The translations under genes were made by a program, and so were the position numbers. The notes under the pieces are model-generated. The model did no database searches and was not told the DNA's origin. It worked only from the letters and a program-made list of their open reading frames with translations. Below, piece by piece: positions 1 through 12,734 of a stretch of DNA of 64,000 bases. Source of the DNA: Prorocentrum cordatum. Lineage: Eukaryota. The DNA lies in the NCBI GenBank assembly GCA_963575745.1, contig CAUYUJ010000001.1:1736001-1800000 (forward strand), written 5' to 3'. Each line of letters begins with the position of its first letter. Within the stretch, counting starts at the first letter, position 1.

Positions 1-119
1 GTGAATGTTTCGACGGGCTGTGAGAGGGTTGGCGGCCGGTGCGCGGATCGCCCTTGCTGCCCTTTCAGCTGACCGCCCGCCCTCGTGTTTGGCATTATCT
101 GCTGGAACGATCTCCCCAT

Positions 120-700
120 GTCGAAAGCGGGCGCTGGAACCCGCTCCGCGGGCTGCCGGAACCACTGCCCCCCCGTGGAGATCGGGCGCTGGAGCCCGCA
201 TTTCTTGGCGGCATAGTTTGCTGGGGTTATTTTCTCTCGCGGAACCTCGGCGACGGAGCCCGCGCCGCGGGCTGCTGCTGGAACAACTGCCCCTTGTGAA
301 CTCCGGGCGCTAGAATCCGCCCGTCTCGACGGCAGAACATGCTTAAACCCGCCTCCCTCGCAAGAATTTGGCGCGGGAGCCGCGCCCTGACTGCCCAGTT
401 ATGTGAATATGTTGCCGGTGAGTGTTTTGACGGGCTGCAGGAGGATTCGCGGCTGGTCAGCTGACGGCCCGCCCTTCTAGTCGGCGCCAGCTGCTAAGGC
501 GATGTTCGCGCGTCGAGAGTTGTCTCTTGAACCCGCTCCGCGGGCTGCTGGAACCATTGCCCCCCGCGAAGACGCTGGGCGCTGGAGCCCGCCCTTCTGC
601 CCCCTGTGAACTCTGGATGCTGGAGTTCGCCCCTTTTGGTGGAATAACCTGCTGGGGTCGCTTTCCCCTGCGAGAATTGGGCGCTGGAGCCGCGCCCCCG
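120..700. repeat. Degenerate GC-rich repeat
   Basis: GAACCCGCTCCGCGGGCTG...GGAACCA.TGCCCCCCG...GGGCGCTGGAGCCCGC occurs at ~135-200 and ~528-590, with partial copies at ~255-320 and ~675-700. Confidence 0.6.
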
Positions 701-1094
701 CGCGGGGCTTCAAAGTGCGCGTCAGGTCGCGGGGGGGGGGATGGGGCCAAGGGCGGGCGCCCTGCGCGGGAGTCGCGCCTCGCGCGCGCGCGCGCGCCAG
801 CACGGGCGCGAGCGCGAGCCCGAACCCGAGCTCGACCCCAACCGCAACCCCGAGCGCGAATTGGAGTCCTGGCCCGAGCCCGAACCTCATCCCGAGCGCG
901 CGCGCGCGCGCGTTCGCGCGCCCTTCCTGCGTGCTCACGCGCGGTCAAGAAAAATAGCACCAACAATATTCACCTGGCTGTAGCAAGGGTCCTCGCAGGG
1001 AGTCTTGCCGACCCAATGCAGATTTCAACTTGCATGCGCTCGTCTGGAACGCGCGGGCACCTGCGTCCCGAGGAAGTCGCGGGCTGCTTGGAAC

Positions 1095-1865
1095 AGGGTC
1101 GAACGGCGCGCTCGCCCCGTGCGCTTCCGGCGAAAAGCTTCCAGGGATCGATCGTTGAGCCCGCGGAGTGTCCCAGCAGCTTCCAAGGGCCTGAGTGGCG
1201 CGCTCGCCCCGTGCGTTCCCGGCGAAAAGCTCCCAGGGATCAATCGTTGAGCCCGCGGAGTGTCCCGGCAGCTTCCAAGGGGGTCGAGTGGCGCGCTCGG
1301 CCCGTGCGTTTCGGGCGAAAAGCTTCCAGGGATCGATCGTTGAGCCCGCGGAGTGTCCTGGCAGCTTCCAAGGGGGTCGAGTGGCGCGCTCGCCCCGTGC
1401 GTTCCCGGCGAAAGGCTCCCAGGGATCAATCGTTGAGCCCGCGGAGTGTCCCAGCAGCTTCCAAGGGGGTCGAGTGGCGCGCTCGGCCCGTGCGTTTCCG
1501 GCGAAAAGCTTCCAGGGATCGATCGTTGAGCCCGCGGAGTGTCCTGGCAGCTTCCAAGGGGGTCGAGTGGCGCGCTCGGCCCGTGCGTTCCCGGCGAAAA
1601 GCTCCCAGGGATCAATCGTTGAGCCCGCGGAGTGCCCCGGCAGCAAGGGGGTCGAGTGGCGCGCTCGGCCCGTGCGTTTCCGGCGAAAAGCTTCCAGGGA
1701 TCGATCGTTGAGCCCGCGGAGTGTCCTGGCAGCTTCCAAGGGGGTCGAGTGGCGCGCTCGCCCCATGCGTTCCCGGCGAAAAGCTCCCAGGGATCGATCG
1801 TTGAGCCCGCGGAGTGTCCCGGCAGCTTCCAAGGGGGTCGAGTGGCGCGCTCGCCCCGTGCAATT
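1095..1865. repeat. Tandem satellite, 93-bp unit, ~8 copies, alternating A/B variants (186-bp higher-order unit); degenerate copies continue to ~2500
   Basis: GAGTGGCGCGCTCG recurs at 1193, 1286, 1379 (93-bp period). Units alternate between AGCTTCCAGGGATCGATCG and AGCTCCCAGGGATCAATCG. Confidence 0.92.
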
Positions 1866-4800
1866 CCCCGGCGATGAGTTCCAAGGGCGCGAGACATCCC
1901 CCCGTTTCATTTTCTGCGCATTTCCCAGGGGGTCGAATGGCGCGCTCGCTCGGCGCTTCCCCCAGCCATAAAAAAAGTCCAAGGGCGCGAAAAGCGAGCC
2001 CGCGGAAGCGTCGGTCAGTTTCCGGAATGGTGGAAGGGCGCGCTCGTTCGGTGCTCTTCCAACGATGAAGTCCAGGGGCTCGCAAATTGAGCCAGCGGGA
2101 TTTCCATGCAATTTCCAGAAGGGTGCAGCAGCGATGACGCGAAAATCCAGCCCGCGGAATTCCCTGGCAGCTTCCAGAGCGCGCTCGCTCGGCGCTTACC
2201 CAGCGATGAATTCTAAGGGGTAAGGAATCGAGCCCGTGGAATTTACGAGCTCACGGCGCCCGCGCTGCTCCCGCGCGGCTCCGACGCGGTTGCCCCCGCA
2301 CGGGCGGCCTTCAAACGATTGAATGGCGCGCGCGTCCGGCGCTTCCCCAGCGTGTTTGAAAATGGAGCCCGCGGAACTTACAGGGTGCATCCAATGAGGC
2401 GAATGGCGCGCTCGCTCTGCGCTTCCCCAGCGGTAGATTCCGAGGGATCGTGAGTCGAGTCTGTTCGATTTACGAGCTCGCGGCTCTTCCAGGGGCACAT
2501 AATGCCCCTGCGCGGCCGCCACCAGCCTTCATGTGGGCAGACTTTTGCATGTGGGTTCCAACCCTCAGCTTCTTGGGCGCTCGCCCCAACCACTAACTAA
2601 GCTATAGAGGTCCTGGAATATCAAAGAAAGCATTCAAGTTACAAACATGTTTCAGCACTTCATGTCTTCACGTGCACGAGAGGCCCATGCAGGCGAGTCT
2701 TGAGGCGAAACCTCGTTCCAAACCCTCGCGTGTCAGGCTGCGCTTTTAGGCTTCAAGGGGTATGCCACCACGCCGCCGCTGCACACCGCCACGAAGACCA
2801 CACGCTCACGAGCCACACCTCAGGAAACCATCGCCCCCCCGGGGGATCTCAAGATAACAGCACTGCCCTCCAGGAGAGGAAGGATACCAATACCGCTGTT
2901 CTTCCTAGAAGATCTTCGTCGCCACGGGTGGATTCTCTTCCAGAGGATGGCCCTAACGCGCCCTAAGACTGCTCATTGGAGTACAGTCGGGACGCTGAAG
3001 AAGGAACCCTTTTGATTCGGGAGGGGTTCCGTGTTCTTTAGCTGTTTCACAGTTTGCCTTAGGTTGTCCTTGGGTTTTCGATGGGCAATCGAAGTTTCAC
3101 TTGTGGACAAAAGGGGCCTCGTTCTTGATTTGGGGTTTCAGAGTCAACGCCCAAACTGTAGCGGTAGCGGTATTCTTTGTCCCCCCAAGGCCGATGCGGA
3201 GACACGTCGGCTGTCGAGGGCCCGAGTGCGTCGTGATGCGCGGCCTCCCCGGGGACATGCAGCCACCGCTGGCCGCCGTCCCTGGGGACAAGCCAGGCAG
3301 TCATTCGGCGCAATGCTGGGGCCATCTTTGTGTTGCAGGGGTGCACGTTGGGCAGTCTAGGGGATTTCTGGGTGCATGTCGGAGACGAGAGGTGAGACAT
3401 GACAATGCGCACGGGAACCAACGATGTTGTTGACGATTGGTTCCCGGGCAGATCCGTGTGGCCATCGTGGAGTCTCTGGTTGCCCATCGGGGACATCGAG
3501 GCGCCATGCTAGAGCTCCTGGGGCACTGCCGGGGCCAGCTTTGCCTGTCTTGGGCTCTCTTCGGGAGGACCAGCTTGGGCCATCTTGAGTAAGTATTGGG
3601 GGCCGTGAGGGCCATGTGGCCTGGCTTGGAGGGTTCCACTCGCAGAGGTAGACCCAGGCAGCAATGGGCTCATTCCGTGTACAAGCTGGATCATGTGAGT
3701 GCATGAAGCTTTTTGTGTCCACCCTCTCCCCATCCTCCCTCTCGCCCCCTTCTCTCCCCCTTCCCCCCACTTGGCGCTCCCGACGCGGTCCTGGCAACTT
3801 CTTGACCGCGCTCGCTGCCCACGCGTCCTTCATGGATGCACGGCTTTCGCATCGTAACTGAAGGGCCCAAAGATTCGTCGATGAATTTGTCGGGTGACAC
3901 CCCCTCCGGTCTTCACCCCACAACCATTATTTCGAGCTTGGTGGTGGATCGTGGGAGAGAGGGACAGCCAATTTCTGACGCTGGGCGTATCTTGGACGCT
4001 CCAACGCCTCGCGAACCCCCCCCCCCTTCAGGTCCAGGGTAATTAGGGGGTAGGGAGATGGGCAAACCCTTCCCGGAAGGGGTTGGAAGAGAATCCGCTC
4101 TAGACCACCTACACCCAGAGGGCTGGTGTGATCATCTAACTCGCGATCTTACCCCGGGCAAGCGGTGGTCGGCCGAGTCGAAAACTTGGGCATCTTGAAG
4201 TTGAAGTTTGCTCGAGGCTACCTGCATACGGCAGGAGGACTTTGGGTATCCAAGGACATCGGGCTTGAGACTTCCAAGGGGCAGTTTCGTGCAACGGCCG
4301 CCCCTGCGGTTGCCAGTGCTGGCTGTTAACGCGTTTGCTGGGGAGCGCGTCAAGGAGGTTCAAAGGAAATGCGGCACTGAGCATCGCAAATTTATCCTCC
4401 TCCTTCCCTTCCCCACGCCCTCCCATCCTGTCCCTCGCCCCGCTGACATCCTCACCTTCCGCTCCCCACCCACCCCCTTGCTCTCCCTCATTTCTGCTAC
4501 TCCCCTGGTGGTCCCTTGCAATTGTTCTACAAACCGCGCTTGCAATCAGAAGTTAACTTGTTGGTTGATCTGTACGGGAGTGGCCCTCTGTGGCGCAGTC
4601 GGCCGTTCCCGGACGGTGCGCCAATTGTGTGTTCGTGCCTTGTGCTTGCTCCTCTGCGTCGCAGTATGACATTCCCGATCGATGCCCAATGGCTCGTGCC
4701 TTCTACGCTGCTGCCCTGTGCTTGGCCCTCCACGTCGCAGTCGGCCGCTCCCGGTCGGTGCCCTTTGGTTGGTGCCTTTCTGCGTTGGTGCCATGTGGTT

Positions 4801-5279
4801 TGCCTACCCTCGCTGTCCGCCTTTCCTCGCCGGTGCCCTGTCGCCTGTTGCTCGTGCCCCATGACTCCTTGCCTGCCCGTGTAGCTCCCAAAGGGGCCGC
4901 GGTCGACCGTTCCCGTCGGTGGCCTGTGCCCCACGGCTCCCCGCCCATGCGCTCCCACCCCGCGGCTTGTTCTGCGCGGATGCCGTGCTCCGCACATCGC
5001 GTTCAGCATCTTCCCTCCCCCGCAAATTGAGCCTCGCGCCCACCACAGGCTGCATCCCGCACGCTGCACCCCGTCTGATCTCTGCTCTCAAGAATGTGAG
5101 ACACTGCCCCGAGGTGCTGGAGCTGGGGCTCCTGTGGATCTCCGCCGACAGACTCTACGCATGCTGCAGTCTGCTGAACGTCGCAGGCCTGTCGCTCAAG
5201 CAGCGGTGCGCGGCACTGGTATTCGCAGGCCCGTGGGGATCCAGCGATCGTTGCTTGTTTGCCCTCTATATCTATTTGT

Positions 5280-5547
5280 TTTCCTCTGTCTCTCTCTCTC
5301 TCTCTGTATCTCTCTCTCTCTTGTTCTCTCTCTCTCTCTACATATATCCCTCCCCTCTCTCTCTTTCTCCCTTACCTCGTTATTCCTCTTGTTGTTTGTT
5401 ATTTTCTTTTTGTTGTTTCTCTCTCTCCTTCTCTCTCTCTGTTTGTTTCTCTCTCTCTTTCTCCCTCTCTCTCACTCTCTCTCGTTCCTTACATAGATAT
5501 CTGTAAATATAGATGGCTCACTTTTCCAATGCCTCCCTCTCTCTGTC

Positions 5548-5579
<32 letters not shown>

Positions 5580-5680
5580 TCCGCACTCACACGCACACAC
5601 ACACACACACACGCGCACTCTATAAGTTTCCTCCTTGTTCATTTTGTTGTTTCTCTCTCTCTCTCTCTCTATTGCTCTCT
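5280..5680. repeat. (CT)n/(CA)n microsatellite complex, 5' flank of LINE A
   Basis: Read directly from the sequence. Confidence 0.95.
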
Positions 5681-5685
5681 TTTGG

Positions 5686-5751
5686 CTTGAGCCAAAATGG
5701 CTCAAGCCATTTTGACTCAAACCATTTTGGCTCAAGCAATTTTGGCTCAAG
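5686..5751 (+). other. Stacked relict dinoflagellate spliced leaders: one inverted copy plus three tandem 15-nt relics
   Basis: 5686-5702 is the reverse complement of AGCCATTTTGGCTCAAG. It is followed by CCATTTTGACTCAAA (5707), CCATTTTGGCTCAAG (5722) and CAATTTTGGCTCAAG (5737), matching the DinoSL 3' 15-mer CCATTTTGGCTCAAG. Confidence 0.93.
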
Positions 5752-5847
5752 CAATTGAATTGCCCTCTTTAGCTACATTCACTTCGCACCCTGATTCATA
5801 ACCCATCTGTTCTGTTTGCCGGGAGTGTGCACAGGATAGTTGGGAGC

Positions 5848-6860
5848 ATGGCAAAACGCGGGGGATCAGCGACAGGATCGACACCAGACAACAAGGAAGG
5901 ACGACAGAGTAAAGACAGTATGGCGGCTATGATCGAAGATGAGGAAGTGGGAGATAAGTATCTGAGCACAGCCCCTGATTATTTCAAAGAGTTCGCCAAA
6001 ATCCAAGCGAAGCAATTCGAAACTCTAAAAACAGAAATGGCTGGCATCAAGGACCTCATAGACCAGGCGAGGATCGAGGCAGAGGACGCCAGGAGGGCAG
6101 CGGAGGAGGCTCAGGAGAAGATGGAGGATGTGGAAATGGAGGTGGAGGCGATTCGGAATGACCTTGAGGAGATGTACCTAACCAAATCCGAGATCGAGAA
6201 GATGCTTGAAGACAAACTCCAGGAAGTGAAAGACACCATGAAGCACAGCAGTAGATCTTCCAGGAGTGGCGCATGGCAACGAAAGGGAGAGGAGGGTGGC
6301 GGACATGCAGACCAGGAGAAGGAACGACGTATTAAGCAGGTGGTTGCTCTAGGCTTCGATGGTGTAGCTAGTGCAGAGCAGGTAGTGGAAGAGATGCAGA
6401 AATACTACAACAACTTCTAGGCAATGGGTCCGATGCGAACGTGCTCACGACGACTGGCTCCAAGAAGTACGGCGTCATCGAGTTTCCCTCCGTACAGTCC
6501 AAGGCCAATTTCTGGAAGAATGTACAAGGTGCTTTGACTTTAAACGAACAAGCTTTTGGTAAAGTATTTTCCAAGAGCAATCTCACGATGGAGGAACAGA
6601 GTGAAGAAAAGCGATTGGGATATACGAAACATCTTCTCCAACAACACCCGGAACATTCAAAGCGGGATATAATAATAATTTGGGCGAAAAGTATGATAGT
6701 GATAAAGGACGAGGCAGGGAAGGAAAAGAAGATAGCATGGTACGACAGAAGGAGAGTGGCACGCCACAGCTACAGGGAGGGCAGTGGAGAAGACGGTGGA
6801 GGAGGCCATGCAGAAGTGGCACAACACGGTCAAGCTGGAGCCGGACACCGAGAGCGAGTG
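5848..6860 (+). pseudogene. LINE A ORF1 (coiled coil plus probable RRM-like domain), broken near 6420
   Basis: MAKRGGS... with an E/K-rich heptad stretch, then QVVALGF...KYGVIEFPS in the next frame (6441-6896). It lies just downstream of the SL relics. Confidence 0.65.
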
Positions 6861-6999
6861 ACGCCGCGGCAGTGCCTACGGAAGGGCACTAACTGATAAC
6901 AGTACCAGTACAAACATTACGTATACAATTTAAAGGTCAAGCAAATCAATACCATCAGCCTCCCAAGCAGTTTCTGCGACAGGGGGCGGCAGGGGCAAA

Positions 7000-9708
7000 T
7001 ATTTACATGTTCCTGGGGATGTGCCATGTTGTTTCCGACGTGTTGCTGACGATTCTCTGGGCATCTGCGCAGGAGCATCGACCGCGACACATTCGAGGTC
7101 TTGCAAAACAATGGCTTCGACACCACAGCACTCCGACTCCAGAGCTGTCCAGGCTGGGCCGCCAGAGCACGGTGCAATGCGACATGCTCTCCAAGACCCT
7201 CCGGAATGCCAGGAAGCGTAAGCTACATGCCGTCACCGGGGCAGGCTGCAACGCAGATATTGGTCCAGCTTCTGATTGCGACAACAGGCGGGCATGCGGA
7301 AAGCACGCGTATGGGAAGGAGAAACCCCGGGGACGGTGGTTGAAGCAATGGGCGAACGGCGAAAGCCTTGTGATTACGAATGCAATGTTTCAAAACAAGT
7401 GAGTGCTATTTATATACCTACCACCACGCACGGCATGGACTCAAACAGCTGGACTACATCATCGCATTAAGGGCCTTGTGGCGTACGACGACCGACTGCT
7501 GCACAACAGCGGTATTGGATTTGGGATCCGACCATGTGGCTGTGAAGTTGAGCAGCTTTATACTGAAACGACCTTCCGGATCCATCAACAAGAAGATGGA
7601 ATCGTCAACACGTACCGCTGCAAAGGTACGACCTTGGCCGCCACAGTCGATTTCTTCTTATGTGGATGTTTTAGAGCAGTCCGCCATCGCGTCTGATTTT
7701 GAGGCCGGCGACGTGGACGACAAAGCCTCCAAGATCGAAGCCTCCATCCGGGAAGCCATGGAGGCGGTTGGCCACGAACCACAGAGACGTTCCAATGATG
7801 CTCCAGCTGAGGATGCAGTTCTTGCCAGACTTCTGGGACGCCGCGGGGCAATACCAAAAAGCAATGCCCGGGAACGAAAAGACGTTAGCAACATTATCAA
7901 GAATCACATATCCAGCACAGAGCAAGCTAAGTGTTCAGCTCAGATGTCGCGCATTCTCGAAGATTTCACTGGGCTACAGAAGATAACCAACATCAGAAGT
8001 TGCAACAAACGGGTGCAGCTTACATCGATGCAGAACCGAAGCGGCAAAGTGACCTACGATAGGCGCGAGATGGCGGATGTATTTGCAGATTGTTTGAGGC
8101 GTTGTCCGCATGCAACGGCGATGTTTCACCACTGGACACACGGCGACAAGCCGAGACGAGCGAGCATGACGACATAGCGATCCGACAAATGGTGATGGAA
8201 GAGCTGGGCACACGGTTGCAGCAGCTCAAGACTGGCAAGGCCGCGGGCACCGCAGGAATTTCAGCGGAGATACTAAAGAAAGGCGGCCTCGCCTTGAATA
8301 TTGCACTCCTGAGTCTTTACGAAGATGCCATCAAGCCCAGAGCTACCGCGCCATCAGCTTGGAAGAAGACGAACTTGAAGGTTATGCTCAAGTCTGGGGA
8401 CTCGCAGTTGCCAGGGAGCTACCGGCCTATCTCCATCATCCCGCTGATGTACAAGCTTTTCTCCCGCATGCTTTATGATCGGCTCGAACCTTTTTCTGGA
8501 ACGTCACCAACCACCAGAACAGGCTGGCTTCTGGAGGCATTACAGTGCGGATGATATTCTGCTCTTGCTGGTTATGCTACAGGAGAAAGCATCGGGATGG
8601 CAAGTCCTTGCGTGGACCAAAAAGGTTTCGATCCAGTATCTCACAAATCCACGTGGGCAGCCATGTCATCGCATGGCGCCCCTGCACCTTACATCGCTCT
8701 TATGTCCAACTTGTACAGCGGACAGACAGCCTTTGTGGTTACATATGTAGAAGGCGAAGTTTTCGATATAGATTGCGGGGCCAAACAGGGGGACCCGGTC
8801 AGCTCTCTTTCCTTCAGCTGCTTGTCCGAGGAGATATTCAAAGAGAGCCAGACAAACATGGGAAAACGTCCATACGGTATGCGATGGTGTTTATTCGACA
8901 AAGCACGCTTGACGAACTTGAGGTTCGCTGATGATGTGATATTGGTTGGGGCGTCTTTGACACAAGTACGCAGGATGCTGGGAGACGTTACGGATGCATC
9001 CAGACGGACAGGCCTTGAATTACACCGAAGAAGACGAACATGTTGCACAGCATGAAAGCCCGGCGGCCGAAGAAAAACCCAGAGCACACCAGGGTTGGGA
9101 ATTGCGACGTTGAAATGTTGGCGTGCGCAACAAACACAAGTATTTCGGTCGACCGTTTACGTCTGGCAACCAGATAAAGGTGGAAAACCGACGCACGTAT
9201 TCAAGCCGCCTGGAAGAAGTTTGGGTTGTTCAAGCAGGAAGTGCTGTCGGTCATATCCACTGCGCGACAGATTCCGACTTTTTTACCGGCGTCGTGACAC
9301 ATACAATCTTGTACGGATGTGCATCATGGACAATGACAGCTGCTCTGGAACAGCTTGTGGTGGCAACTCAACGCCGGATGCTACGGATGATCCTAGGTTC
9401 ACCACGGAGACGAATGACCAATACCAGCGACAGCAGCACGAACGGCAACGGATTCGGCTTGGAATCTTGGGTGGGCTTGGATCCGACGCACCACGCACAG
9501 TTCAGAGCAGGCGTTCGCAACTTTGGGTTTTGAGCAGTGGTTTGACATCCAGAAACGCAGGAAATTGGAATGGGTTCAGAAGATCTCCAATTGCAGCCTG
9601 GACCGAAGGAGTTACAACGCGTATCGCTGGGACGCGCAAGTTTGCCAACTCGCAACACGGCGTCCGCGTCCACACGGGCCTCGAAAACGATGGGTTGATG
9701 CAATATGA
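7000..9708 (+). pseudogene. LINE A ORF2 (APE endonuclease plus reverse transcriptase), multiply frameshifted
   Basis: EN motifs: GCNADIG, RGRWLKQW, LVITNAMF, QLDYII, GSDHVAV. RT motifs: GKAAGTAGISAEILK, YRPISIIPLMYKLFSRML, EQAGF, GAKQGDPVSS, LRFADDVIL, KYFG. C-terminus GPRKRWVD. Confidence 0.9.
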
Positions 9709-9774
9709 AGGGCTACGGCCCCGCCGCCGACCTCTGTAGGAGGCGCTCCGGGCGCGCGCGCGGAGCGGCATCGG

Positions 9775-9880
9775 CGCTCGCCTCGCCTCGCCTCGCCTCG
9801 CCTCTGTCTCTCTCTCTCTCTCTCTTTCTCTTTTCGCTCTGTCTCTGTCTCTTTGTCTCTCCTCTCGCTTTCTCTCTCTC

Positions 9881-9911
<31 letters not shown>

Positions 9912-10212
9912 CCTCTCGCTATATTTATCTTTCTCTCTCTCTCTCTCTCCCTTTCTTTGTTTATTTCTCTCTCTCTCTCTCTTTCTCTCCCTCTCTCCAC
10001 ACATATATTCATATGTAATATATACATGTATATATCATACACTATCTCTTTCTATATTTATTTATTTCTCTCTCTCTCTCTCTGTGTCTCTCGCTCTCTC
10101 TCCTTCTCTCTTTTACTTGCTCCTCCTCATCATCATCACCGTCCTCCTTCTCCTCCTCCCCCTCCTCCTCCTCCTCCTCCTCCTCCTCCTCCTCCTCCTC
10201 CTCCTCCTCCCC
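9775..10212. repeat. (CCTCG)n, (CT)n and (CCT)n microsatellites, 3' flank of LINE A
   Basis: Read directly from the sequence. Confidence 0.95.
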
Positions 10213-12576
10213 CCGCATCCAATTCTCACGGCGCCGCTCCCCATCGGGTCGGCTAGCCACCCCTACGGCACATGGGGACATGCCGTCGTCGATTCCGCGA
10301 GATGAACTGCATCGTTTTTCTCGCACACGCGTGTGCATGTATACACGCAGTCTCTGGGCGGCCGCGATGCCGCCCCGCGCCCAGTGCCAAGGTGATGCAG
10401 CTCTGGCTGGCCGCCCCGGCCGCTCCAAGGCGATGCACCTCGCTTTGTGAGTGCCCTCCGCTCCCCCCCTTTTCCCTCCACCGCGGCCGCCCGCCCGTGC
10501 CCTTCGCCCCCCTTTAGCTGCCGGACAAGTAGCGCCTGCCGTTTCCCAGCCCGCTGGAGCGCGCGTGCGGGTTGCCTCTGCCGCATTGCGACGTGAAGAA
10601 CAGTGTGCGCACGCAGAACACACCTCACCCAGCGCTCGATGAACGCAGTCTTCTCTTGCGGCGTCTGGTCAATGCCAGCCTTCACTGGTCAGCCAGGTCA
10701 CCTTGGCGGGTCCGATCGATTCTTGGCCCGAGTTGGTTGTGATTTGTTGTGTTCGGTTTGTGTGCTGACCCACCACGCCAGAAGCCACAGGGGAAATATT
10801 CACGGCTAGTTTGTGTAGTCTGCTGCCCAGGAAGGCTACAAGGCCGAAGTCTTGATCACCCTTTTCTGTCATGCTTTCTTTGGTGGCGTTGCTTGGGCAC
10901 CGCGCCGACCCCATGCGCAGGCGGCGCAGTCATGGCAGTCTACGCTGTTACGTGGTGAAACATCATAACAGATTGGGGCGCGCTGCGTGATGAATCCATT
11001 GAGCATATATTTGTGTATGCGTGGTTCGTGACGTTTTGTATACCCTTATGTATACAGCTTTGTCGGAAAGTGCACGCGCGCCTTGTGTGACACCGTAGTT
11101 GATCTCACGAATGCGGCGGGATCGCCCTTGCCCGCAGTGCGGGTATGCCTGTCTGATGGATGCCAGGCTTTTCTATTCTGCATCATCTGATTCTTCCTCA
11201 AATGTGCACGCCCTGTTATGTTGCATTTGGGTGTTCCGGGGCGTGGCAGCGTCTGCCTCATTTCGTTTTTTGGGCCCAGTGTACGACCAAACGCTTACTG
11301 TTCCGTGCCAGCGATGGGTCACCAACCTCAGCGCAGCAGTTTGCCTGTGCAGAGGTGATGGCTCAGCAGCTCAGCGACATGCTACCAGGGCATCTGAAGT
11401 TCATCAGTTAGGGACCTGGCAGTTTTCATCGAGTCACCGCCCGGGGTACCTACCAGGTGGCTCATCCAACCAGCGAGCGAGGAGGAAAGACATAAAACGA
11501 ACATGGCTGTTCAACCCCTGCACGCCCCCCCGTCATCTGAAGAAGGCAACTGGGATCGGCCGCGACTGCTCCATAGTTTCCCCATGCCCAGACTCACTCT
11601 CATATCATTTGTCGTATTTCGTTTGCAATCACAGGAGAACATGATTCAAGGGCAAGCATGTGCACCCTCAAGAGGCCAGCCCCACTCGTCACCGTGGTTC
11701 CTTTTTAGCTTTATTTCCGAAGTCTGCCGGGGCAGCGCAGGACTTCTCGTGTGCTGTGCTTATTGCCCTCCCGCCGCGCTCTCTGGATGACCGCCGCTGC
11801 CAGGGGACCACCTGCCGCCACTGCCCTCCGCACCGAGCTCCACGTCCAACTCCGAGGAGGCAGCCGCCGTGAGGGCGATCCGGCACGTGGACGAGTCCAA
11901 AAGGTGCCGCCAATCTCTCGTCGTTGTCGTCGATGTCGTCGCCCCCCTGCTGCTGCCAGCGCATCGAACACCAGTTTGGCATCGTCTTTGAGTCGCTCCT
12001 GGAGGGTTTCGAGGTCATTTGAAAGAACCCCCAAAGGCCACCGAATGACAGTCAACCAGCATAGTAAGGCTGGGCAACCGTCCCAAGGGTACCCTTCCAT
12101 CCTTGCGTCCTCGGCCCATCCTTGGTCACTTTCGCTGGCCGTGCCCCGCTCGAAAAGTTCCGAAGTGTCTTTCCAAGCCCTTTGCATCCGCATCGCGCAT
12201 TCTTAGGATACGGCCCGACTGTAACCCAAAGAGCATCCCAAAAGGGCCCCTAAGAGGCTCCCAAGAGCGCCACAGGAGGCGGGGAGGGAGGGCCGAGCAG
12301 AGGCTCTGGCCTGCACGATCCGTTCCCGCATGCCCGGCCATCGCCGGCTCTTGCCGTGAGGCCTTGGCACGGCGGCCGAGCAGCCGTTGGATTTCAAAGC
12401 ATACGCGCCATGGCAGTTTCGAGCGGCGCAAACAAAAAAAAACAAAAAATCGCCCCAGGAGGCCCCAAGGCGGCTCAGGAGCGCCGCAGGACGGCCCCAG
12501 GCGCGCCAGGACGGCCCAAAGAGAGCCCCCCGACGAGCCCCCAAGCACGCCCAGGAAGTCCAGAAAGGGTCCAGAT

Positions 12577-12672
12577 CCTCCTCCTCCTCCTCTTCTTCCT
12601 CCCCCTCCTCCTCCTCTTCCTCCCCCTCCTCCTCCTCCCCCTCCTCCTCCTCCTCCTCCTCCTCCTCCTCCT
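12577..12672. repeat. (CCT)n tract, i.e. (GGA)n tail or target at the 3' end of LINE B
   Basis: Begins ~60 nt after the ORF2 stop codon on the minus strand. Confidence 0.95.
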
Positions 12673-12734
12673 GGCGCACACTCCAAGTCCCCAGGTCCGC
12701 ACATGACGCGGAGGGACGGCGCGCGCGCGTGAAA

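Larger units (their letters stand above)
5686..9710 (+). mobile_element. LINE A: decayed APE-type non-LTR retrotransposon (RTE-like ORF2 C-terminus), SL relics at the 5' end
   Basis: Coiled-coil ORF1 followed by APE endonuclease and RT motifs spread over several frames; (CT)n tracts on both sides. Confidence 0.88.

Noticed and set aside
527..2111. Long ORFs on both strands
   Set aside because: They result from the 93-bp (31-codon) GC-rich satellite and (CG)n tracts; no domain motifs.
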